Assembly (NCBI GenBank): GCA_958436475.1
Contig: CAUBKG010000001.1
Location: 18,069-82,068, forward strand
Length of the DNA: 64,000 bases
Direction: 5' to 3'
Source: an uncultured Clostridia bacterium
GTDB taxonomy: Bacteria; Bacillota; Clostridia; Oscillospirales; Acutalibacteraceae
Position 1 is the stretch's first letter. Each line of letters starts with the position of its first letter. Position numbers and translations under genes: made by a program. Shown here piece after piece: positions 28,717-39,176 of the stretch. The notes beneath the pieces were generated by a model. It did not search any database and was not told the origin of the DNA. It saw only the letters and a list, made by a program, of their open reading frames with translations.

Positions 28717-30108
28717 TTATTTTTTGCTTTTGATGTATTCGTCTATCGCCTGCGCCGCCTGCTTGCCCGCGCCCATGGCGAGGATCACGGTCGCGGCGCC
28801 CGTTACAGCGTCTCCCCCGGCGAAAACGCCTTCCCGCGTGGTCATGAGGGTATCCTCATCCACAACGAGGCAGCCGCGCTTATTGGATTCGATCCCCTTC
28901 GTGGTGGAACGGATCAGCGGGTTCGGCGAATTGCCGATGGCCATGACCACGCAGTCCACCTCCAGCTCGAATTCCGAACCGGGCTTGGGAACGGGAGAAC
29001 GCCGTCCGGAAGCGTCCGGCTCGCCGAGCTCCATCTCGATGCATTTCATGCCCTTCACCACGCCGTTTTCATCCCCGAGGATTTCCACCGGGTTGGAAAG
29101 GAGCTTGAAGATGATTCCTTCCTCCTTCGCGTGGTGGATTTCCTCCAGGCGCGCGGGCATTTCCTCCTCGGAACGGCGGTAAACGATATACACGCTTTCC
29201 GCACCGAGGCGTTTCGCGCAGCGGGCAGCGTCCATCGTGACGTTGCCGCCGCCGATCACCGCCACGTTTTTCGGCTGGATGATGGGCGTATCGTAATCCG
29301 GCTTATAGGCCTTCATCAGGTTGATGCGAGTGAGGAACTCGTTGGCGGAATAAACGCCCACGCAGCTTTCGCCCGGGATGCCCATAAACCGGGGCAGGCC
29401 CGCGCCCGTACCGACAAATACGGCTTTGTACCCTTCCTCGAAGAGCTCATCCACCGAGAGTACTTTTCCGATGACCATATCCTTGCGGAAGGCAACGCCC
29501 TGTTCCTTCAGAAGCTCCACTTCCCTGCGGACGATATCCTTCGGCAGGCGGAATTCCGGAATGCCGTAAATCAGCACGCCGCCGTAATCGTGGAACGCTT
29601 CGAACACGGTGACTTCATATCCCATTTTTACGAGATCCCCCGCGCAGGTGAGGCCCGCCGGACCGGAGCCCACCACCGCCACGCGGCGGCCGTTCGTTTC
29701 CGGCTTCTCCGGCTTTTCGGAGCCGTGCTGCATATACCAATCCGCCACGAAGCGTTCGAGGCGGCCGATGCCGACCGGCTCGCCCTTTATGCCGCGCACG
29801 CATTTGGATTCGCACTGCTTTTCCTGCGGGCAGACGCGCCCACACACAGCCGGCAGGGAGTTTGTGGACTTGATGATTTCATACGCCTTGGCGAATTCCC
29901 CTTCGGCCACCGCCGCAATGAACTCCGGAATGCGGACGTTGACCGGACATTTGGAAACACAGGGCTTATTCTTGCAGTGCAGGCACCGCTTGGCTTCGTT
30001 GATCGCCATTTCCTCGGTATAGCCGAGGGCGACTTCATCAAAATTTTTGTTTCGAATATCCGGCTGCTGCACCGGCATATCCGTTTTATTCATCTGCATA
30101 TTAGGCAT
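28717..30108 (-). CDS. nfnB: NADH-dependent reduced ferredoxin:NADP+ oxidoreductase large subunit (GltD/SudA-like)
   Basis: N-terminal 2x[4Fe-4S] Cys motifs (CxxCxxxPC, CxxxCP) followed by two GxGxxG FAD/NAD(P) motifs. Paired with the PyrK-like subunit. I prefer the start at 30108, which has a GGGGGAAAAG RBS and overlaps the nfnA stop; the track extends further to 30240. Confidence 0.8.
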   Translation of the reverse strand: MPNMQMNKTDMPVQQPDIRNKNFDEVALGYTEEMAINEAKRCLHCKNKPCVSKCPVNVRIPEFIAAVAEGEFAKAYEIIKSTNSLPAVCGRVCPQEKQCESKCVRGIKGEPVGIGRLERFVADWYMQHGSEKPEKPETNGRRVAVVGSGPAGLTCAGDLVKMGYEVTVFEAFHDYGGVLIYGIPEFRLPKDIVRREVELLKEQGVAFRKDMVIGKVLSVDELFEEGYKAVFVGTGAGLPRFMGIPGESCVGVYSANEFLTRINLMKAYKPDYDTPIIQPKNVAVIGGGNVTMDAARCAKRLGAESVYIVYRRSEEEMPARLEEIHHAKEEGIIFKLLSNPVEILGDENGVVKGMKCIEMELGEPDASGRRSPVPKPGSEFELEVDCVVMAIGNSPNPLIRSTTKGIESNKRGCLVVDEDTLMTTREGVFAGGDAVTGAATVILAMGAGKQAAQAIDEYIKSKK

Positions 30109-30949
30109 GGTGCTTTTCCCCCGTAAGGCGGCAGACATGGCTTTCCAGCGCCGCCTGCTCCTGTTTTCTGTACATCTTGCTGCGTTCGATGGCTTCCTCA
30201 AAATCGACCTCATGAGCGTCGAAGTCGGGTCCGTCCACACAGGCGAACTTGGTTTTCCCTCCCACGGTGAGGCGGCAGCCGCCGCACATGCCGGTTCCGT
30301 CGATCATGATGGAATTCATGCTGATAATCGTTTTGATGCCGTAAGGCCGCGTCACTTCGGCCACCGCGCGCATCATGGGCAGCGGGCCGATGGCGATAAC
30401 GAGGTCATACCCCGCACCCGCGTTGATTTCGCTCTGGAGGGCATTCGTCACAAAGCCCTTATTGCCGTTGGAGCCGTCGTCTGTCATCATGATGAGACGG
30501 CTGGAAACGGCCTTCATCTCTTCTTCAAGGATGATGAGGTCCTTGTTCCGGAAGCCGGCGATCATGGTAACATCCGCCCCCATAGCATGCAGGGCCTTTG
30601 CCTGCGGATATGCGATGGCGCAGCCTGCGCCGCCGCCGATCACCGCGGCTTTCCGATACCCTCCAAGCTCCGTGGGAACGCCCAGCGGGCCAACGAAATC
30701 GAGGATACTGTCCCCTTCGTTCAGCTCATCCAGTGCATAGGTGGTTTTGCCGACTTTCTGAAAAATGATGGTAACGGTGCCCGCCTCACGGTCGTAATCC
30801 GCGATGGTCAGTGGGATGCGCTCTCCGTGTTCGTCTATACGCAGGATGATGAACTGCCCTGCCTGCGCCTTTTTGGCAATGAACGGAGCCTCCACCGTCA
30901 TGCGGATCATCTGCTCATTGAGCTTTTCTTTTTCTATGATTTGAAACAT
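30101..30949 (-). CDS. nfnA: NfnA / SudB PyrK-like FAD and 2Fe-2S electron-transfer subunit
   Basis: FAD-binding RxYS-like region and C-terminal CGxGxCGxC iron-sulfur motif; 282 aa. Confidence 0.8.
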   Translation of the reverse strand: MFQIIEKEKLNEQMIRMTVEAPFIAKKAQAGQFIILRIDEHGERIPLTIADYDREAGTVTIIFQKVGKTTYALDELNEGDSILDFVGPLGVPTELGGYRKAAVIGGGAGCAIAYPQAKALHAMGADVTMIAGFRNKDLIILEEEMKAVSSRLIMMTDDGSNGNKGFVTNALQSEINAGAGYDLVIAIGPLPMMRAVAEVTRPYGIKTIISMNSIMIDGTGMCGGCRLTVGGKTKFACVDGPDFDAHEVDFEEAIERSKMYRKQEQAALESHVCRLTGEKHHA

Positions 30950-30962
30950 AACTGGCCCTCCA

Positions 30963-33266
30963 TTATAAATAGCTTAGCTTCAGCCCGCCGTTTTCAGAAG
31001 TGACGCTGACGCCTGAAACCGGTTCGTCGCAATGCTCCACCAGAAGCTCGGCGATTTTATCCTCCACGTTGCGGCGGATATAATTGCGCAGATCGCGCGC
31101 GCCGTTTTTGCCGCCGTGGGATTTTTCCGCGATCAGCCGGAGGGCACCGTCGTCCCAAACCAGGGCGATGTGCTTTTCCTTCATGGAAGCCTTCAGCTCT
31201 TCCAGCATCAAGGCAGCTATCTTCTGATAATCCTCCCCGCTCAGATCGTTAAAGAATACGATCTCATCCACGCGGCTGATAAACTCCGGCCGCAGGAATT
31301 CGTTGAGCGCCTTCATGGCCTTATCGCGCGAAACGGCATGCTGCGAAGCGCCGAAGCCGAGGGCGCTGTCTCTCTTATCGCTTCCGGCGTTGGAGGTCAT
31401 CACGATTACGGTGTTTTCAAAGTTCACCGTGCGGCCGTGCGCATCGGTAATGCGCCCGTCGTCCAAAATCTGGAGCAGGATGTTGAGAACATCCGGGTGC
31501 GCTTTTTCGATTTCGTCCAGCAGCACCACCGAATAGGGCTTGCGCCGCACCTTTTCGGTGAGCTGGCCCGCTTCATCGTACCCCACGTATCCGGGTGGCG
31601 CGCCGATGATGCGGGAAACGGAGTGCTTCTCCATGAATTCAGACATATCGAGGCGTATGAGCGTTTCCGGCGTATCGAAAAGCTCGGCCGAAAGCACCTT
31701 GACGAGCTCTGTTTTCCCCACGCCCGTGGGGCCGACGAACAGGAAGGACGCCGGCCTGCGGCGCGCCGAGATCTGCACGCGGCTGCGCTTGATGGCGGCG
31801 GCGACCAGATGCACCGCTTCGTCCTGCCCGATCACTTTGGCACGCAGGCGGTCTTCAAGGCCGGCGAGCTGCTTTAAATCCGACTGGCGGACCTTTGCGG
31901 CGGGGATTCCCGTCCACAGCTCGATCACGCGCGCGAGATCGTCCACCGTAACGGAATTATCGATGTTCTTTCGCTCCAGCTCTGCCAGCTGGACTCGATA
32001 CTTTGCGAGCTCCGTTTTGATTTCCGCGAGACGGGCGTAATCCGTTTCATCCTGCTCGGGCTCGGATTCCATTTCGCCCTCTTCCTCCCGGAGCTGCTCC
32101 ACGCGGCGGCGGGCGGTGATCATTTCGTTCATTTCCTTATTGCGCAGATTCGCGCAGGCACAGGCTTCATCTAAAAGGTCGATTGCCTTATCGGGCAGGA
32201 AACGGTCGGTGATATACCGCTCGGAAAGAGCGGCCGCACGGCGGAGGATCTCTTCTGTTACCGTTACGTGATGGTGCTGTTCATAATAATCCTTGATCCC
32301 GCAGAGGATCTCCACCGTTTCCGATACAGAGGGCTCTTCCACGGTCACCGGCTGGAAGCGGCGCTCTAAAGCGGCATCCTTTTCAATGTATTTACGGTAC
32401 TCGGTAAAGGTGGTAGCGCCGATCACCTGGATTTCCCCGCGCGAAAGCGAGGGCTTCAGGATATTGGCGGCGTTCATGGAGCCTTCGGCGTCTCCCACGC
32501 CTGCGAGATTGTGCACTTCGTCGATAAACAGGATAATGTTTCCATCCTGCTTGATTTCATCCACCAACGCCTTGATGCGCTTTTCAAACTGCCCGCGGAA
32601 CTGCGTGCCCGCCACGAGAGAGGCGAGGTCTAACAGCATGATCTCCTTCTCCTGCAGGGCGGCGGGAACGTCTCCCTGCACGATTTTAAGGGCCAGACCC
32701 TCTGCAATGGCCGTTTTACCCACACCCGGCTCTCCGATGAGGCAGGGGTTATTCTTCTGGCGGCGGCTCAAAATCTGGATCACGCGGTAAATTTCGCGTT
32801 CCCGGCCGATCATACGGTCGATCGCGCCGTCCTTCGCCTTCTGATTCAAGCTCGTGCAGAACTCATTCAGAACCTTGCGCTTCTTTTCATTCACCTTTTT
32901 GCGGCGCTTTTTTTCAGGCGGCGGCGCGGCCTCCTTCGTCTCCTCCGGCTGCCCCGCGGCGTCTGCCGCCTTTTGCCCGCCGTTCCCGAAAATCGTATTC
33001 AGAAACGGAAAGGTCGCGGCGCCTCCCGGCAAAATCTCGGAAAGGTCGTTTTCATCGTCGCCGTCCATGAGCTCCATGAGCTGCTCATTGAGCTCATCCA
33101 GATTCTCCTCCGAGAGGTTGAACTGCGAAAGCACCTGATCCACCGGAGCGATTCCGAGTTCCTTGGCGCACTGGATGCAAAAGCCCTCGGGTGTGGACTT
33201 ATCCCCGTCCATCCGCGTCATAAACACGATGGCCGGGCGTTTTTTACATCTTGAGCATAATACCAT
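30963..33266 (-). CDS. clpE: ATP-dependent Clp protease ATP-binding subunit, ClpE-like (N-terminal zinc ribbon)
   Basis: N-terminal CSRC..CIQC zinc finger plus two AAA+ modules with Walker A GEPGVGKT and GPTGVGKT. Confidence 0.85.
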   Translation of the reverse strand: MVLCSRCKKRPAIVFMTRMDGDKSTPEGFCIQCAKELGIAPVDQVLSQFNLSEENLDELNEQLMELMDGDDENDLSEILPGGAATFPFLNTIFGNGGQKAADAAGQPEETKEAAPPPEKKRRKKVNEKKRKVLNEFCTSLNQKAKDGAIDRMIGREREIYRVIQILSRRQKNNPCLIGEPGVGKTAIAEGLALKIVQGDVPAALQEKEIMLLDLASLVAGTQFRGQFEKRIKALVDEIKQDGNIILFIDEVHNLAGVGDAEGSMNAANILKPSLSRGEIQVIGATTFTEYRKYIEKDAALERRFQPVTVEEPSVSETVEILCGIKDYYEQHHHVTVTEEILRRAAALSERYITDRFLPDKAIDLLDEACACANLRNKEMNEMITARRRVEQLREEEGEMESEPEQDETDYARLAEIKTELAKYRVQLAELERKNIDNSVTVDDLARVIELWTGIPAAKVRQSDLKQLAGLEDRLRAKVIGQDEAVHLVAAAIKRSRVQISARRRPASFLFVGPTGVGKTELVKVLSAELFDTPETLIRLDMSEFMEKHSVSRIIGAPPGYVGYDEAGQLTEKVRRKPYSVVLLDEIEKAHPDVLNILLQILDDGRITDAHGRTVNFENTVIVMTSNAGSDKRDSALGFGASQHAVSRDKAMKALNEFLRPEFISRVDEIVFFNDLSGEDYQKIAALMLEELKASMKEKHIALVWDDGALRLIAEKSHGGKNGARDLRNYIRRNVEDKIAELLVEHCDEPVSGVSVTSENGGLKLSYL

Positions 33267-33285
33267 AATTATATTCTCCTATTAG

Positions 33286-33852
33286 TTAAACGTGATCCGC
33301 CGCCTCATTTTTGCCTTCGTTCATTTTATGCACGAAGAGCTGAAAATAACGGACAAATGCATATACCGCACAGATCACCGTTACCGCCATCAAAACAAGA
33401 ACAAAAATATCGTTTAAAAAATCCAGCTTGCCGTTGAGAAGGATCAGGAACATGCTGGCATAAAAAACCGCAGTTGCCAGTTTTCCATACCACTCGGAGC
33501 CGGTGGCTTTCTCCTGCCGCCGGAGCAGGACCAGGGAAAACGCCATCATCAGAAGCTCCTTCACTATTATAACAATGAAAAAAGGCCAAACAAAGGGGTA
33601 TGTAATGGTAATACAGAAAACAACTGTTATTTGGGTGAGTTTGTCCGCCAGCGGGTCGAGCAGCTTGCCGATTTCCGTTACCTGGTCAAAATGGCGCGCG
33701 ATATAGCCATCTACAACGTCGGTCAGGCCGGAAAGGACGATCACCCCAATGGCGATGCCGTAATTTTTTTGGAAATACATCACCGCAAAAAGCGGAATCA
33801 GCAAAATCCGAAACAAGGATAACAGATTCGGAATAGTTAAAAATTTACGCAT
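33286..33852 (-). CDS. pgsA: CDP-diacylglycerol--glycerol-3-phosphate 3-phosphatidyltransferase
   Basis: CDP-alcohol phosphatidyltransferase motif DxxDGxxAR...G...DxxxD (DVVDGYIARHF..GKLLDPLADK). Confidence 0.85.
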   Translation of the reverse strand: MRKFLTIPNLLSLFRILLIPLFAVMYFQKNYGIAIGVIVLSGLTDVVDGYIARHFDQVTEIGKLLDPLADKLTQITVVFCITITYPFVWPFFIVIIVKELLMMAFSLVLLRRQEKATGSEWYGKLATAVFYASMFLILLNGKLDFLNDIFVLVLMAVTVICAVYAFVRYFQLFVHKMNEGKNEAADHV

Positions 33853-33878
33853 AATGCCTCCCCAATGCCGCTGAAAAT

Positions 33879-34601
33879 CTATTCGATGAAGCCGATCAGA
33901 GGATTGTATTCCTCAATCGTCCGATACAGGTAAGTGCTTTCAACCGCCTCGCGGTTCAGAGCTTTGGATTCGTTATGGGTAACGGAAATGGAAAACGCCA
34001 CGCAGAGGGACAGAACCAGCAGGACAACGGCCGCTTTCACGAGACCGAGCACGCCTCCCAGCACATGATTCACCGTGCCGATCACCGGCAGGTGAAATAG
34101 CTTTTCGAGCATGGAGGCCACAACGCTGAGAACTGCAAAAAACACAAGGAACAAAACGAGCAGGCAAAGCACATACAGGAGCGGCGTCACCGCGGGGCGG
34201 AAAGCACTCTCGGTGATGCGCTGAGCGGAATCGTGTGCATCTGCCCCCATGTTTTCCCGGAAGGACTGCTGCATGGATTCATTCGAAACGCCCGCGCTCT
34301 CGAGGATGTTCACCACAAAGCCGGGCAGCGAATCAAACACACCGTTTACCTGCTCTTCGAGCGACCGGCCGCCGCCTTCCCGGAGCGTTTCCTCCACTTT
34401 CTCGGTAACGGCGGGCTCCACGCCTACACGGAAGGTGAAATCCGCCATGGGAGATGCGAGACTAAAGGCCAGCACAGCCGCCGCAACCATGGCGGCCAGA
34501 TGCAGGAGCATGCCGGCCAAGCCCTTGACCGCCGAAAAAATAACGGTACCGATAACGATCAAAACAACCGCCAGATCGAGGATAATACTGGCTGTGGGCA
34601 T
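33879..34601 (-). CDS. cvpA: CvpA family membrane protein
   Basis: N-terminal 2-3 TM CvpA pattern and 240 aa size. Confidence 0.65.
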   Translation of the reverse strand: MPTASIILDLAVVLIVIGTVIFSAVKGLAGMLLHLAAMVAAAVLAFSLASPMADFTFRVGVEPAVTEKVEETLREGGGRSLEEQVNGVFDSLPGFVVNILESAGVSNESMQQSFRENMGADAHDSAQRITESAFRPAVTPLLYVLCLLVLFLVFFAVLSVVASMLEKLFHLPVIGTVNHVLGGVLGLVKAAVVLLVLSLCVAFSISVTHNESKALNREAVESTYLYRTIEEYNPLIGFIE

Positions 34602-34624
34602 AACCGTGCACCTCCAAAAACAGC

Positions 34625-35872
34625 TTATTCGTACTTTTCCACCTTGGAATTTCCAATTGCTATAATATTTTTATTGTATTCGAAAACCCGGTAGGAATCA
34701 ATACCTGTTTCTTCCCTGCGGACGAGTTTTCCTGTTTTATCGTACATGGAAACCTGTGAAAAGGTGAGCTCCGTTACATAATGCTTGGAAACATAGAGGG
34801 AGGAAACCCGGGAATCGCGCTCCGCTTCAAAAAGGATATTCCCCTTCGGGTCGTACATTACGGTCTTCCCGCTGCCCGCGTCCCCATGCCGGGAAAAGCT
34901 CATGGCAATGCCGGAAGCGTCTCCGTTATAAAACGTTTCGAGCGAAAGAGCGCCGAAGGGCAGGTCCTTGTGCGCATCGGGAGCGGCGATTTCCACGAAG
35001 GATACGAGAGAATCGCCCACCGCGGTAACGGAAGAATTGCCCTTGAAGGAAAGGTCCAGCAGCAGGCAGCCGCTGTATTCGAGCTTCGCGAGCTGCTCCA
35101 CCTTGCGGATATCGAAAAGATACAAATAAGATTTGAGCCGGCCGCCTTCCGCCGCAGCCGTCGCCACGGCGCACAGCTTTCCATTGGGACTTACCTTCAC
35201 GGCGATGACCTCCTGATCGGAGGTATACCATTTGAAGGGCTGCTTTACAAAGCCGCGGCTGTAAAGGGAAATCTCCGCGTTATACCCTTCCGATTTCGTT
35301 GCAACGGCATACACGCCGCTATCAGACAAATCTGCCGCCAGGATTTTGCTGCCCAGTGTTTCCTCCAGCAGCGTTTTGCCCGCGCTTTCGATCTTGAGCG
35401 AGTTCCCGCCACTGTCATAAATGAGGCAGCGGTCTTTCGCACAGGAGAGCCGGGGCGAAGCAAAGCCGTGCTGGCGGCTGTAAAGGGTTGCGCCCGAGGA
35501 GGTATAGCACACGGCAGACATATCCGTGAGCAGCACGAGCCGGTCGCGGTCCACGGCGGCGCTTATCACGTTCAGCTCCGAAACATCCACGGGATAGGCG
35601 CCCTCTCCCGCATGGGAAAGCGCCGCCGTATCGTTGATAAACTGAAGGATATTCGCCGGGGTAAGCGACGTGACATTGGCCAGGACATAAACGCACACCG
35701 CAATGACGGCAATGATCAGCACCTTGCGCCAAAAGGAACGCTTCTTCTTTTTCTTTCTTTTTTTTGGCGCGGGAACTTCTTTTAAAAAGCTGCCGTCGTC
35801 CTTTTCGTAATCATAAAAATCGAGCTCCTCCGAAGACGGAGCGGGTGATTTTTTCTTTCTTTTTTTCGTCAT
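34625..35872 (-). CDS. hypothetical membrane-anchored protein (basic N-terminus, single TM, large extracytoplasmic domain; DUF5711-like)
   Basis: K/R-rich N-terminus, then one TM, then a beta-rich domain of about 350 aa. No motif recognised. Confidence 0.55.
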   Translation of the reverse strand: MTKKRKKKSPAPSSEELDFYDYEKDDGSFLKEVPAPKKRKKKKKRSFWRKVLIIAVIAVCVYVLANVTSLTPANILQFINDTAALSHAGEGAYPVDVSELNVISAAVDRDRLVLLTDMSAVCYTSSGATLYSRQHGFASPRLSCAKDRCLIYDSGGNSLKIESAGKTLLEETLGSKILAADLSDSGVYAVATKSEGYNAEISLYSRGFVKQPFKWYTSDQEVIAVKVSPNGKLCAVATAAAEGGRLKSYLYLFDIRKVEQLAKLEYSGCLLLDLSFKGNSSVTAVGDSLVSFVEIAAPDAHKDLPFGALSLETFYNGDASGIAMSFSRHGDAGSGKTVMYDPKGNILFEAERDSRVSSLYVSKHYVTELTFSQVSMYDKTGKLVRREETGIDSYRVFEYNKNIIAIGNSKVEKYE

Positions 35873-35901
35873 TGCCTTTTCGTCACCTCCCGGTTCAAAA
35901 A

Positions 35902-36642
35902 TCAGGAATCATAAAACACGCGGTTCAGATAGAGCCCATACGGCGGCGCGGTCTTGCCGGCGCGATTCCGGTCTTTGGAAGCCAGAATCGCCGGGATATC
36001 CGACTGCCGTAACCTCCCCTGCTCCACAAACAAAAGCGTGCCCGCGAGGATACGCACCATGTTGTAAAGAAAGCCGTTCCCGCGCACGGTGAGGGTAACG
36101 AGCTTCCCCTCCCGTGCCACATCGAAGGAATAGATGGTGCGAACATGGGTTCGCACTGCATCCCCCGCGCTGCAGAAGGCCGAAAAATCGTGCTCCCCGA
36201 GAAACAGCCGGGCCGTTTCCTGCATACGGGTTTCATCCAGCGGACGAAAATACTGCAGGGCGTAGCCGTGCAAAAACGGGTCCCGCACCCGGGAATTGTA
36301 TATCTGATACACATACTCCTTGGCTGTGCAGGAATAGCGCGCGTGAAAATCCATCGGTTTTTCCTCGCAGGAAAGCACCGCGATATCGGGCGGCAAAAGG
36401 GTGTTGAGCGCCAGCACGGCACGGCCGCACGGGATGCCGGATTCCGTATCGAAATGGCAGCAGTATTCCCTGGCATGCACGCCGGAATCCGTGCGGCTGC
36501 AGCCCGTTATCCCTAAACGGCTGCCGAAGACCTTTTCGACAGCGTCCTGCACCACCTGCTGCACGGCCAGCGCATTCTGCTGGACCTGCCAGCCGTGGTA
36601 GCGGCTGCCGTCAAAAGCGAGAGTCAGTAACAGTCTGCGCAT
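35902..36642 (-). CDS. truA: tRNA pseudouridine(38-40) synthase
   Basis: FDGSRYHGWQ and RTDSGVHA catalytic-Asp motif; ecfA1-ecfA2-ecfT-truA synteny. Confidence 0.9.
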   Translation of the reverse strand: MRRLLLTLAFDGSRYHGWQVQQNALAVQQVVQDAVEKVFGSRLGITGCSRTDSGVHAREYCCHFDTESGIPCGRAVLALNTLLPPDIAVLSCEEKPMDFHARYSCTAKEYVYQIYNSRVRDPFLHGYALQYFRPLDETRMQETARLFLGEHDFSAFCSAGDAVRTHVRTIYSFDVAREGKLVTLTVRGNGFLYNMVRILAGTLLFVEQGRLRQSDIPAILASKDRNRAGKTAPPYGLYLNRVFYDS

Positions 36643-36651
36643 GGCGTCTCC

Positions 36652-37455
36652 TCAGCAAAAAGTATTGAGCAGGATAATGGCCGCGAGAAACATGAGATAA
36701 ATCCCCACAGCCAGATAGTCGGCCGTGCTCATTTTCAGAATCTTCATCCTGGTGCGGCCTTCTCCCCCGTTATAGCACCGGCATTCCATCGCATAAGCCA
36801 GCTCGTAAGCGCGGCGGAAGGAGGAAACAAACAGCGGGATGAGAATGGGAAGGAGCGCTTTCATGCGCTGCACCAGCCCTCCCGATTCCATATCGGCTCC
36901 GCGCGCTTTCTGTGCGCTCATGATTTTTTCCGTTTCCTCCACGAGGGTCGGGATGAAACGGAGTGCAATGGTCATCATCATGGCAAGGGAATGGACGTCT
37001 ACCTTCAGCTTTGTGAGCGGGGAAAGCAAGCGCTCAATAGCGTCTGTCAACTCAGTAGGCGAGGTGGTATAGGTAAGCAGGCCGCTGATTAAAATGAGGC
37101 AGATGATGCGGACAGACATAAACAGCGCCGTGATAAGGCCCTTGTCCGTAATCCGGATCACCCAGAACTGGAGCAAGGTTTCTCCCCCGCCGATGTAAAA
37201 AATGTTGAGCACCGAGGTAATGATGATAATCGGGATGATGGGTTTCAGCGACTTAAAATAGATTTTGAGCGGCACGCGGGAAAGCAGCATGAGCGCAACG
37301 GTTGCCAAAACGATAACCGCCATGGCGGCAAAATTATTTGCCACGAACACCGTGACGATCACGGCGAGCACCAGCACGAGCTTTACACGCGGGTCTATCC
37401 GGTGAAGGAAGGAACCCACCGGAAAATACTGGCCGATGGTGATATCCTTAAGCAC
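36652..37455 (-). CDS. ecfT: energy-coupling factor transporter transmembrane subunit
   Basis: EcfT/CbiQ pattern. I prefer a GTG start at 37455 ([10 protein letters not shown]...), 2 nt after the ecfA2 stop. Confidence 0.8.
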   Translation of the reverse strand: MLKDITIGQYFPVGSFLHRIDPRVKLVLVLAVIVTVFVANNFAAMAVIVLATVALMLLSRVPLKIYFKSLKPIIPIIIITSVLNIFYIGGGETLLQFWVIRITDKGLITALFMSVRIICLILISGLLTYTTSPTELTDAIERLLSPLTKLKVDVHSLAMMMTIALRFIPTLVEETEKIMSAQKARGADMESGGLVQRMKALLPILIPLFVSSFRRAYELAYAMECRCYNGGEGRTRMKILKMSTADYLAVGIYLMFLAAIILLNTFC

Positions 37456-38317
37456 GGGCCCCGCCTCCCTTCGTGAGGAGCTCTTTGAGGCGCTGCTCCG
37501 CGCCGGACACGGTATAAACATTGGTATCCACCGGAATCCCTCTTTTTCGCAGCGCTAAGAAAACACGGGTCACCTGCGGCACATCGAGGCCGATTTTCAT
37601 CAGCTCCGCCGCGCGGGAAAACACCTCTTCCACCGGCTCGAACATGGCGATTTTTCCCTTGTTCATCACCAGAACCTTTTCCACGTTCTGCGCGATATCC
37701 TCCATGCTGTGGGAAACGAGGATGACTGTTTTGCCGGTCTGCCTCTTGTATTCCCGGATCTGCGCGAGGATTACGTCCCTCCCATGGGGATCGAGCCCGG
37801 CGGTTGGTTCATCCAGCACCAGGATATCCGGCCGCATGGCGATGACTCCTGCAATGGCGGCCCGGCGTTTTTCCCCGCCGGAAAGGTCGAAGGGAGATTT
37901 TTCGAAATAATCTTCCGAAAGGCCGACGAACCGCGCCGCCTCCCGCACGCTGACATCAATTTCCCCTTCGGACAATCCCATATTTTTCGGCCCGAACGCG
38001 ATATCTTTATAAACCGTTTCTTCGAAGAGCTGGTATTCCGGATACTGGAACACAAGCCCTACCCGGAAGCGGATGGCGCGTATTTTCTTCGGCTCTTCCC
38101 AAATATCCTTTCCATCCAGCAAAACCCGGCCCGCGCTTGGGCGGACAAGGCCGTTTAAGTGCTGCACGAGGGTGGATTTTCCCGAGCCCGTGTGGCCGAT
38201 GATGCCGATGAAGCTGCCGTCTTCTATCGTCAGGCTGATATCGTCCAGCGCACATTTTTCGAAGGGAGTCCCCTCGCTGTATAAATAAGAGACATGCTCG
38301 AGCTTCAGTTCAGACAT
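37448..38317 (-). CDS. ecfA2: ECF transporter ATPase subunit A2
   Basis: ABC Walker [10 protein letters not shown], the LSGGEKRR signature and Walker B. Confidence 0.9.
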   Translation of the reverse strand: MSELKLEHVSYLYSEGTPFEKCALDDISLTIEDGSFIGIIGHTGSGKSTLVQHLNGLVRPSAGRVLLDGKDIWEEPKKIRAIRFRVGLVFQYPEYQLFEETVYKDIAFGPKNMGLSEGEIDVSVREAARFVGLSEDYFEKSPFDLSGGEKRRAAIAGVIAMRPDILVLDEPTAGLDPHGRDVILAQIREYKRQTGKTVILVSHSMEDIAQNVEKVLVMNKGKIAMFEPVEEVFSRAAELMKIGLDVPQVTRVFLALRKRGIPVDTNVYTVSGAEQRLKELLTKGGGARA

Positions 38318-39164
38318 GGCGTTCCTCCAGCAAGCGGGCCAGTGCGCATATGCACTCCTCTTCGGTCAGCACATCTTCCGGAAGGGAAAAGCCATCCTTC
38401 CGCATGCGGTAAACGAGCTCGGCCGTCTGCGGAACGTCCAGCCGGATCTTCCGGAGGTAATCCACCTGCCGGAAGACTTCCTTCGGCGTGCCGTCGAGGC
38501 AGAGCTCGCCGTCATTTATTACGATTACGCGGTCAGCCGCAGCCGCTTCATCCATAAAATGGGTAATAAAGACGACCGTGATGCCGAGCTCCCGGTTCAG
38601 GCGGCGGACGGTCTGCATAACCTCTTTCCGGCCCCGGGGATCGAGCATGGCGGTGGGCTCGTCCAGCACGATGCACTTCGGCTGCATGGCGATGATGCCC
38701 GCAATGGCCACCCGCTGCTTCTGCCCGCCCGAAAGCTTATGGGGGGCGTGCTTGCGGTAATCGTACATCCCCACCGCCTTAAGGGCGTTGTCTACCCGTT
38801 CGCGGATTTCCTTCGGCGGAACACCGAGGTTTTCCGGCCCGAAGGCGACATCCTCCTCCACGATGGTTGCCACCAGCTGGTTATCCGGGTTCTGAAACAC
38901 CATGCCCACCTGCTGGCGGATGGGAAGCTTGTTTTCTTCGGCTGCGGTATCCAGCCCGCATACCGTGACCCTGCCGCCGGTTGGCAGCAGAAGTGCGTTG
39001 AAATGCTTCGCGAGCGTGGATTTTCCCGAGCCGTTGTGCCCGAGCACCGCAACGAACTCGCCTTCCGCAATCTCCAGATTCAGATGCTTCAGCACGGGGA
39101 TTTCCCGCTTTTGTTCATCGGTATAATGAAATTCGAGGTTGTTTACCGAAATGATTGGTTTCAT
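38310..39164 (-). CDS. ecfA1: ECF transporter ATPase subunit A1
   Basis: ABC Walker [10 protein letters not shown] and the LSGGQKQR signature. Confidence 0.9.
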   Translation of the reverse strand: MKPIISVNNLEFHYTDEQKREIPVLKHLNLEIAEGEFVAVLGHNGSGKSTLAKHFNALLLPTGGRVTVCGLDTAAEENKLPIRQQVGMVFQNPDNQLVATIVEEDVAFGPENLGVPPKEIRERVDNALKAVGMYDYRKHAPHKLSGGQKQRVAIAGIIAMQPKCIVLDEPTAMLDPRGRKEVMQTVRRLNRELGITVVFITHFMDEAAAADRVIVINDGELCLDGTPKEVFRQVDYLRKIRLDVPQTAELVYRMRKDGFSLPEDVLTEEECICALARLLEERHV

Positions 39165-39176
39165 AGCGTCATCCTT

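Noticed and set aside
28672-30126. 484-aa plus-strand ORF
   Set aside because: Antisense to the well-supported nfnB gene, with no RBS or motifs.
34781-35785. 334-aa plus-strand ORF
   Set aside because: Antisense to the 415-aa membrane-anchored protein gene, with no motifs.
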